Part shown: in pieces, positions 43,363 to 49,801 of the stretch | Layout: each line of letters begins with the position of its first letter | Position numbering within the stretch: position 1 is the first letter of the stretch | Assembly (NCBI GenBank): GCA_043745445.1 | Contig: JAYTSX010000238.1 | Location: 1 to 56,241, forward strand | Reading direction: 5' to 3' | DNA length: 56,241 bases | Source: Elusimicrobiota bacterium | GTDB lineage: Bacteria > Elusimicrobiota > Elusimicrobia > UBA1565 > UBA9628 | Made by a program: the position numbers and the translations under genes | Notes under the pieces: model-generated | The model's input: the letters and a program-made list of their open reading frames with translations, nothing else | The model's database searches: none | What the model was told of the DNA's origin: nothing

Positions 43363-44946
43363 ATGGTCCTTCTCTCCCGTTTCCTCGCGATTCTTCTTGC
43401 CCTCCCCGCTTTTGCCGCTCCCGACGCCGCGTTCGACGGCTCGCGCCTGTTCGGCGGCGGCGTCGCCGTGCCTGTCGCCGTGCCTGTCGCCGGCGCCTGG
43501 CGCCGCGCTTCGAGCCTTCCCGCGGCTGTCCCCGCCGCGATGCCCGACGCCGCCCCTGCACAAGCACCCGTCGCCGGCGAGAAGGCCCGCGCCCTCACGA
43601 GCGGGTTCCTCGGTCTCTACCCCGAAGCGGACTTTGATCTGGGCACCGGACGATGCCTGGCCTGCAATGCTCCGGTCCAGGGCAAATGGTATTTCCCCGA
43701 CGAAGTGATCGCTACGCCGAAGACCGGCGCCGCGGGCTTGGTCTGGATCGGCTCGAACGAGATGCTCGAAGGCGTCAAGCTGTCCGAGGATGGTACCACC
43801 GCCACGCTCAAGGACGGCACGATCGTTCCCTTCGCCCTAGTCCCCAAAATCGACTCGAATCGTTCCTTCTACGACGCCTCGAGCCTCGAGTACATGCGCG
43901 GCCGCACCGTGCGCGTCCGCGGGGAGTTCGTCGAGACCGGCGGCGTGCGGACCTTGGTCGCGCGCACGATCTGGCCCGAGGATTACCGCATCGACGCCGC
44001 CAATCTCGGTGAAGCCGACGCGAAGAACGCGGCCGGCATCGACGCGCTCGTCGCCGCTGATAAAGGTGGGGCTACGAAGGAATTCCAGACGCGGCTTCTC
44101 TGGGAGCGTCCTGGTGTGAATCGCGTCTGGTCTGGAATGCCCGTCATGGGCTTCATGCTCAACGGCGCTCAGGGCGACGACGACGAGGCCCTCGCCGGCC
44201 ACTCGAGCCTGTTCACCGGCCGCTACGGCCCCGGCGGCAGCATGGCGGACTGGATGTTCGACAACTTCTACAGCATGGATGTCGTGAGCGAGAAGGGCAT
44301 CATCTCGAGCATGGTCCCGATGGACAAGTACATGGCCGACCTGAACAGCGGTCAAAGCTGGTACCGGCCGTCCTACATGCTCGTCATGATCATGAAGGAC
44401 GCGCGTGTTCCCCTGCAGCTCCAGGAAGCCTTCAAGGCTCAGTACGCGAAGTACTACGCCCAGGACATCAAGTATGACAAGACGCACAAGAACTGCACCG
44501 CGCTGATCGCGGATCCGGTCCGCGAAGAAGGCTGGAAGTTCCCGGAGACCGGCGGGACGCCGTCTCTCATCGCCCGCCTGGTCTCCAAGGCCGCGGGGCT
44601 CGCGGCGAAGGATCCCGCCGTCGCCGAGCAAATCTACCAGTCGCTGCGTGAGGAGCCGACGCGCAGCTTCCCCCGCGCGTCTTTCAACGCCGTCGGCGGA
44701 GACCTCCTCACTTTGGCCGGCGCCTATGACGCCGAGCCCTCGGGCCGCAAGTTCTCGCCCCTCGAGAACATGATCCGGGAAGATCTCGTCGCGATCCTGT
44801 TCGTGCGCCTGCCCCAGATTCCCTCGAGCCGCAAGTTCGGCCGCGAGCCCGTCGGCGGCGTCGTGGACTACTACATGCGCGCGCCGAAGGATCGCTCGAC
44901 CTGGCAGACCGTCCCGTCCGTCCCCCGCCCTTTCCCTCCGCGTTAA
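43363..44946 (+). CDS. Secreted protein of unknown function with a His...Cys motif pair (possibly DUF4105-like)
   Basis: It has a signal peptide (FLAILLALPAFAA). LAGHSSLFTGRY and YDKTHKNCTALIADP recall the GH...NC(T/S) arrangement of a periplasmic hydrolase-like fold. The assignment is tentative. TATAAT lies 6 nt upstream of the ATG. Confidence 0.45.
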   Translation: MVLLSRFLAILLALPAFAAPDAAFDGSRLFGGGVAVPVAVPVAGAWRRASSLPAAVPAAMPDAAPAQAPVAGEKARALTSGFLGLYPEADFDLGTGRCLACNAPVQGKWYFPDEVIATPKTGAAGLVWIGSNEMLEGVKLSEDGTTATLKDGTIVPFALVPKIDSNRSFYDASSLEYMRGRTVRVRGEFVETGGVRTLVARTIWPEDYRIDAANLGEADAKNAAGIDALVAADKGGATKEFQTRLLWERPGVNRVWSGMPVMGFMLNGAQGDDDEALAGHSSLFTGRYGPGGSMADWMFDNFYSMDVVSEKGIISSMVPMDKYMADLNSGQSWYRPSYMLVMIMKDARVPLQLQEAFKAQYAKYYAQDIKYDKTHKNCTALIADPVREEGWKFPETGGTPSLIARLVSKAAGLAAKDPAVAEQIYQSLREEPTRSFPRASFNAVGGDLLTLAGAYDAEPSGRKFSPLENMIREDLVAILFVRLPQIPSSRKFGREPVGGVVDYYMRAPKDRSTWQTVPSVPRPFPPR

Positions 44947-44947
44947 G

Positions 44948-45129
44948 AGGTCTGACCTCCCGTTGTTGCATAACGCATAGCCTCAGCCTCGCGCGCTTTC
45001 GTTCAACTCTTCTCGGGAAGAGTTGCCATTCAAAGTTAAGGCTTATGCTGCTAACTAAGCTTCTTGCTTCGAACTTTCAATCAGTTCGCGCTTGAGGAGA
45101 GTTATGCAACAACGGGAGGCCTGACACCT
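44948..45129. repeat. Intergenic element bounded by a 19-bp perfect inverted repeat, with three internal hairpins (MITE or structured RNA)
   Basis: Positions 44956-44974 (CCTCCCGTTGTTGCATAAC) are the exact reverse complement of 45101-45119. Internal stems lie at 45004-45025 (9 bp, UCGG loop), 45041-45060 (5 bp) and 45070-45088 (6 bp). The interior is AT-richer than its surroundings. Confidence 0.7.
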
Positions 45130-46570
45130 ATAATACGGGAGGGTCGACGAGAGAGCGCAGGGCTCCGACGAGTTCCGCGGCGGTCGCGAAGCGGTGCGCC
45201 GGATCCGGATGGAGGGCGCGCGCGAAGAACGAATCGATGCCCGCGGGAAGGCTCTTGCTCGTTTCGGACGCGGGCAGGTAGCGGCCGAGCGCGCGGTCGG
45301 TATCGCGCGGGAAGGCGGGACGCCCCGTGAGGCGCTGGTACAAAGCCTCGGCGAGCGCGAGCGATTCGGGCGCGCCGGACTTAGTCGCCGCATCGACAGC
45401 CGCGAGCGCCTGGCGCGGCGACAGGCGTCCGATTCCGCCGAGCAGGGGCGAAGGCGCCGACGGCCCGTCCGCCTCGGGCGAATTTTCCTCGCCCGCTTTC
45501 GTGGCCTTGCCGAAGATCCAGCCGAAGATCGCGGACACCGCGAGGATGACGAAAATCGGCCCGAGGCGCGCGCCGGCCGGCGCGGGCGGAGGCGGGTTCA
45601 GACGGCGCAGGGCCTGATCCACCTCCGGCGTCTGCGTCGGATCGAGCTCCGCGACGCGGCGATACTCCTTCAGCACCTCGGACTTGGGGCGACCCAACAG
45701 CTCCATCGCCACGGCCAGCGACAAGCGCGCCGTTCCGCTACCGGGAGACAGGGCCACGGCCCGTTCAGCGTCGACGCGTCCGCCCTCGGCGTTTCCTCCC
45801 GCGAGGCGCGCGTTGGCGCGGAGCACGAGGCGCGCCGTCGTCTCCCCTGAGGCCAAGGCGCGGTCGGCGGCGGCTTCCGCCGCCTTGGGATCGAGCGCGG
45901 CCAGCGCCACATTGCCGAGCTGCTCCTGCGCGCGCGGATCGCGCGGCGCTGTGGCGACAGCCTCCTCGGCCTTGGCCCGGGCGCCGGCCACATCGCCCGC
46001 AGTTAGGCGCACGGCCGATTCCCGAATGCTGTCCTCGACTCCGGCGCGCGCGGGCAGCGCCGTCGCCAGCAACAGCAGGAGCGCCAGGGATTTCTGAAGA
46101 ATGTGAACATCCAGCACCTTGCCGAACTTCTCGCCCACCTGGCGCAAGCGCCCGGCCTCGAAGAAGCCGAGCTTCGCGTGCAGGCGCAGGCTCACCGCGT
46201 TGCCCTCGGTGACGCGCGCGAGCACCTGAAGAATGCCGGCCTTCTTCCCCGCGGCGAGGATTCCCTTAAGAAGCTCGCCGCCGAGGCCCCGTCCGCGCGA
46301 AGCCTCGTCAATGTAAACCGAAACCTCCGCGGTGCGGGCGTAAGCGCAGCGGTCGGAGTACTGGGACATGGACGCCCAGCCAACAACCTTGCCCGCTTCC
46401 TCGGCCACGATCACGGGGTGCGCGGCGCCGTGATGCGCGAACCAGTCGCGTTGCGCCTCGAGGGTTTTCGGCTCGGTGTCGAAAGTACCCGTGGCGCGCA
46501 GGACCGCCTGGTTGTAGATCTCGGTAATCGCGAGAATGTCCGAATCAACGGCTGGGCGCAGCGCGGCCAT
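45128..46570 (-). CDS. GNAT (phosphinothricin-acetyltransferase-like) N-acetyltransferase fused in frame to a hydrophobic segment, TPR-like repeats, a TM helix and a protein-kinase C-lobe remnant
   Basis: Residues 1-~165 form a complete PAT-type GNAT (ITEIYNQAVL..., RGRGLGGELL, ending GEKFGKVLDVHILQKSL). With no stop, the frame continues into ALLLLLATALPARAG, then A/R-rich TPR-like helices, a TM segment (GPIFVILAVSAIFGWIFG), and finally LYQRLTGRPAF...LHPDPAHRFATAAELVGAL. That last stretch matches Hanks-kinase subdomains IX-XI only. Confidence 0.65.
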   Translation of the reverse strand: MAALRPAVDSDILAITEIYNQAVLRATGTFDTEPKTLEAQRDWFAHHGAAHPVIVAEEAGKVVGWASMSQYSDRCAYARTAEVSVYIDEASRGRGLGGELLKGILAAGKKAGILQVLARVTEGNAVSLRLHAKLGFFEAGRLRQVGEKFGKVLDVHILQKSLALLLLLATALPARAGVEDSIRESAVRLTAGDVAGARAKAEEAVATAPRDPRAQEQLGNVALAALDPKAAEAAADRALASGETTARLVLRANARLAGGNAEGGRVDAERAVALSPGSGTARLSLAVAMELLGRPKSEVLKEYRRVAELDPTQTPEVDQALRRLNPPPPAPAGARLGPIFVILAVSAIFGWIFGKATKAGEENSPEADGPSAPSPLLGGIGRLSPRQALAAVDAATKSGAPESLALAEALYQRLTGRPAFPRDTDRALGRYLPASETSKSLPAGIDSFFARALHPDPAHRFATAAELVGALRSLVDPPVL

Positions 46571-46961
46571 CGCTAAGTTTAGCAGATGAGGCGGCGGCCA
46601 TCCCGATTTTGGGCGGGCCTTCGAAGACGACGAGGCTGCTTCTACGGTCGCGCGCGTGAGCGGTGATGCGGTAGCTCCGGCCCGAGACGACGATCTCAAA
46701 GCCGGCGCGCAGGTCGAGCACTTTATTGAGCGACTCCATGAAGCGGGTCCAGTCCTGGCTCATGTCCGCCAACGCGGACAAGTCTTCAGTGTAGAGGCCT
46801 TGTACGCGGCGATGCGCCTCCTGCATTCGCCCGAGGACCACGAGGACCTCGCGCGCGTCCTCCACGGCACGAATTTCGCGATACATCCGCCCAAAGGACC
46901 AGAACGCCGCGGAAATGACGACGAGGACGAGGGCGGCGATTTTAAGACGCGCGCTGTTCAA
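46545..46961 (-). CDS. Small N-anchored protein with a pilin-head-like domain (paralogue of 29773-30204)
   Basis: The TTG start overlaps the upstream TGA (TTGA). A TM segment (IAALVLVVISAAFW) is followed by YREI.......L..L..MQEAHRRVQGLYTEDLSAL. It ends ...VVFEGP..., as its paralogue ends ...KIRGP... Confidence 0.45.
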   Translation of the reverse strand: MNSARLKIAALVLVVISAAFWSFGRMYREIRAVEDAREVLVVLGRMQEAHRRVQGLYTEDLSALADMSQDWTRFMESLNKVLDLRAGFEIVVSGRSYRITAHARDRRSSLVVFEGPPKIGMAAASSAKLSDGRAAPSR

Positions 46962-48934
46962 AGCCGTCCGACGACAACCGCGCCGAACGGGCGGACCGCC
47001 TCAGCCGGAATCTGCGCGACCCGGCCGACGTTGGAGTCGTAGACCTCGTAGACGACGCGACCGGCCGCGTCCTTGCCTTTGCCCAGGATGGTGACCGCGT
47101 GCTGGGCGTGCGCGCCGTCGGTGCCCGTGTACAGGGCCGCCATAACGGCGTTGCCACGCACGAGCTCGGTATCGATCTTGCGCTGGTACTCAAGCACCGC
47201 CGGAGGCACCTCTCCGCGGCGCAGCGCCGCCAAAGCGTCCGGGCTGGTGCCGAGGGAGCGGTGCGGGGTCTTCATCTCCCGCAGCGTCGCGCCGATGGAG
47301 TCGAAGCTCAGGCCGTATTCGGTGGACATGCCGACCTCGGCCAACATCAACTTGCTGCGCGCTTCGACGAGGGCCTTCGAGGTCGCTTCGGTGGAGCCGC
47401 CCTCCGCCCGCAGCGTGCGCATCCGTTCCTCGAGCCTGGCGACGGTGCCCTCGGCCTCCCGCTTCATGACGGTCGCCGCGGCTTCCTCGACGCCAGCCTT
47501 CGTTACCGGCGTTCCATTGGCGATGGAGCAGGAAGCGATGCCGAAGCGGGCGCAATCGCTACCCCTTTGCCGGCCGATCGCTTCGACGTCGTCATACACA
47601 GTCTGGTTCACGCCGATCCGGCCCTTGAGATTTTCGGGAGCGACGTACTCGCCGCTCTTGATTTCAGCCCTCGCCTTGCGGGTCGCGATCTGGTATTCGC
47701 TCCCTTTTGGGGCCGCATGTATCGTGAAATCGAGATCGTGCTCCGCCGCTCCAATGAGATTGTCGGCCAGCCTCTCGGCCTGGCGCGCGCCCTGGGCGAT
47801 CTCGGTCTTCGCGCCCTGGCGGACCGCGGCCTTGCCGCCGCCGCTGATGACGAACGCGTTGGACACCGCCAACCCGACCGAGCCGACCACTTTCATGCCG
47901 TTGTAAGGCGTTGGCTTCTCGATGAAATTGCCGACCTCGTCGCTCGCGTTGTGAATGTCGGCCTTGAAGCCGTTCCAGAGAGAGCCCCCTGCCGCCTTGA
48001 GTGCGCCGGGAAGGAAGCGGACGGTTTCGCCGGGATTGGTGACCATCTCGACCGCGCCGCTCGCGGTGCGTTTCCAGGTGTCGCCGCTTGTAAAGTACGA
48101 AAGCAGTTCGGAGCCGGTCTTCTTGCCCTGCGTCACGGAGCGGCCGATCGCCGTGCCCCATGTACCGTCGTCCTGGCCGAGCTGAAGGATGTGCTCGTCC
48201 TCGCGCGCCGAAGCGGACAGCCTGTCCGACACGGAGGGGACCGCACCGGCGTGAACCGCAACCGGGCGAGCGCGTTGAAGGCTCCTCGCCTCCGCGAGCG
48301 CGGCGTTCATGCCGCGATAACCAGGACCTGTGCCGGCGGCATTTCCCGCGCCGGGAGCGCCCGGATCCCCGGGGGCGGTGAAAGAGGCGCCTTGAGCCAT
48401 AACCCGGCGCATACGCGCCGCGCTCTCAGCGGAAACGCGGGGATCAGCGGCCGCTTTTTCGGCCCGTGCCCGCGCCGCGGCCAATTCGGCCGCCGTTGCG
48501 TTCTTCGGGCCGAGATAGAGCGCGAGGTAGAGAGAAGCCGCCGATTCTTGGCGCGGGTTCTCACCTATGCCCAAGTCCTTGGCGGCGACTCGCGCCGCCG
48601 CCATCACACAGCCGTTAGTGTCTTTTTCGGGAGCGGCGATTTCGGGACAGGCCGGGAGGGCCGGCGTCCGGACCTTCTGGAAAGCCCCCACTCGCTTAAG
48701 TGTCTCGGGGATTTTGCGATAGAACGCGGCTTGCGAGCGCGAGGTGATGGGAGCTGTCTCAAGAACGAACAGCTCATCTTTGGTCGCCGCCGCTTCGACG
48801 GGCTCGCCCTTTTCATAGGCGGCGACGATTTTAGCGACGACCCTCGAAGCCTCTTCGGAGGTAGCGGCAGGCGGCGCGGCGAACAACGGCGCGGCGCACA
48901 CGAGCCAGACGGCGAATACTTGGAGGAGGTTCAT
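46958..48934 (-). CDS. Secreted 658-aa protein with a candidate papain-like cysteine-peptidase C-terminal domain
   Basis: It has a signal peptide (FAVWLVCAAPLFAAP). The C-terminal ~200 aa carry ordered Cys (RGSDCARFGIASC), His (AHAQHAVTILGKG) and Asp/Asn (VYDSNVG) residues in contexts typical of C39/papain-like folds. The central region is Gly/Thr-rich. The antisense 613-aa ORF is Arg-rich and judged spurious. Confidence 0.5.
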   Translation of the reverse strand: MNLLQVFAVWLVCAAPLFAAPPAATSEEASRVVAKIVAAYEKGEPVEAAATKDELFVLETAPITSRSQAAFYRKIPETLKRVGAFQKVRTPALPACPEIAAPEKDTNGCVMAAARVAAKDLGIGENPRQESAASLYLALYLGPKNATAAELAAARARAEKAAADPRVSAESAARMRRVMAQGASFTAPGDPGAPGAGNAAGTGPGYRGMNAALAEARSLQRARPVAVHAGAVPSVSDRLSASAREDEHILQLGQDDGTWGTAIGRSVTQGKKTGSELLSYFTSGDTWKRTASGAVEMVTNPGETVRFLPGALKAAGGSLWNGFKADIHNASDEVGNFIEKPTPYNGMKVVGSVGLAVSNAFVISGGGKAAVRQGAKTEIAQGARQAERLADNLIGAAEHDLDFTIHAAPKGSEYQIATRKARAEIKSGEYVAPENLKGRIGVNQTVYDDVEAIGRQRGSDCARFGIASCSIANGTPVTKAGVEEAAATVMKREAEGTVARLEERMRTLRAEGGSTEATSKALVEARSKLMLAEVGMSTEYGLSFDSIGATLREMKTPHRSLGTSPDALAALRRGEVPPAVLEYQRKIDTELVRGNAVMAALYTGTDGAHAQHAVTILGKGKDAAGRVVYEVYDSNVGRVAQIPAEAVRPFGAVVVGRL

Positions 48935-48994
48935 CTCTAATCCAGCTGCATCCTCAGGGTAGCCCCAGCCCCTTGTTTTGTCAATAGAAGATTG

Positions 48995-49011
48995 CCTATA
49001 TTAGATATAGG
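48995..49011. promoter_or_regulatory. 17-bp perfect palindrome CCTATATTAGATATAGG in a divergent promoter region (candidate operator)
   Basis: It lies between the divergent genes 46958-48934 (-) and tilS (+). Overlapping TTGTCA (+) and TTGACA (-) -35-like hexamers sit at 48978-48985. Confidence 0.5.
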
Positions 49012-49021
49012 TATTTCAATA

Positions 49022-49759
49022 ATGCGCCAAAAGGAATTCGCCGCCCGCGTCTGGTCGAAGCTCATGGCGTTCGAGGCCGAGCACCGCCTCCTGACGCCGG
49101 AGCGCCGAGTGCTGGCCGCGGTGTCGGGCGGGCCCGATTCAGTGTGCCTAGCGCATTGGTTGTCGGTCCAAGCTCGGAAAAAAAACATTACGGTTGCTCT
49201 CGTCCACATCCACCACGGCCTGCGCGGCCGAGCCGCGGACGGCGACGCGCGCTTCGTCGAACAGCTCGGCGCGAAGCTCGGGCTGCCTGTCGCGATCGTT
49301 CGCGCGCCGGTGCGCGCACTCGCGGCCAAGCGGGGGCTCGGGCTCGAGGAGGCCGGTCGCAAGGAGCGCTATCGCGTGCTCGGCGAACGGGCGCGCCGCG
49401 GGCGATACACGGCGGTCGCCACCGGCCATCAGCTCGACGATCAGGCCGAGACCGTGCTCCTGCATCTGTTGCGCGGCACGAGCCTTGAAGGCCTCGGGGG
49501 CATTCCGGTGAAACGCCCCTTGCGTCCCGGCGTCGAGCTGATCCGTCCGCTCCTTCCGTTGTCGCGCGCCGAGGTGCTGCTCTATCTTAAGATGCACGGG
49601 CTCGATTGGCGCGAGGACGCAAGCAACGCCAACCCAAAGTTCACGCGCAACTGGGTGCGCCGCGATATTCTGCCCCGGCTCGAGAAGCGCGCGCCCGGGG
49701 TCAAGCAACGCCTCGCCGCCATCGCGGCGAAGGTCCGTGCTGTCACCGGCCGCGCCTAA
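49022..49759 (+). CDS. tilS: tRNA(Ile)-lysidine synthetase, short form (PP-loop domain)
   Basis: RVLAAVSGGPDSVCLAHWL (the SGGxDS PP-loop) and ATGHQLDDQAETVLL are present. ATG 49022 is preferred over TTG 48992, which lies inside the promoter palindrome. The protein is only ~245 aa, so the C-terminal domains are reduced or absent. Confidence 0.8.
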   Translation: MRQKEFAARVWSKLMAFEAEHRLLTPERRVLAAVSGGPDSVCLAHWLSVQARKKNITVALVHIHHGLRGRAADGDARFVEQLGAKLGLPVAIVRAPVRALAAKRGLGLEEAGRKERYRVLGERARRGRYTAVATGHQLDDQAETVLLHLLRGTSLEGLGGIPVKRPLRPGVELIRPLLPLSRAEVLLYLKMHGLDWREDASNANPKFTRNWVRRDILPRLEKRAPGVKQRLAAIAAKVRAVTGRA

Positions 49760-49801
49760 GCGCGGCTTGCGCAAACGGCGAATCCATGTTATCTAAGGCC
49801 C

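Noticed and set aside
43436-43482. A short tandem repeat, GTCGCCGTGCCT in about 2.5 copies
   Set aside because: It lies inside the 43363-44946 coding region, where it encodes VAVPVAVPVAG in the low-complexity post-signal segment. It is not a CRISPR or regulatory repeat.
45045-45095. A 16-codon ORF (MLLTKLLASNFQSVRA) inside the inverted-repeat element
   Set aside because: It is too short, has no ribosome-binding site, and overlaps predicted stems. Nothing supports translation.
44948-45129. Retron msr/msd interpretation of the inverted-repeat element
   Set aside because: Retron non-coding regions are immediately followed by a reverse-transcriptase gene. Here the flanks are the 3' ends of two convergent, unrelated genes and there is no RT in the window.
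47099-48940. A 613-aa plus-strand ORF opposite the 658-aa secreted-protein gene
   Set aside because: The minus-strand product has a signal peptide, balanced composition and start/stop coupling to the next gene. The plus-strand product is Arg-rich with no signal or motif.
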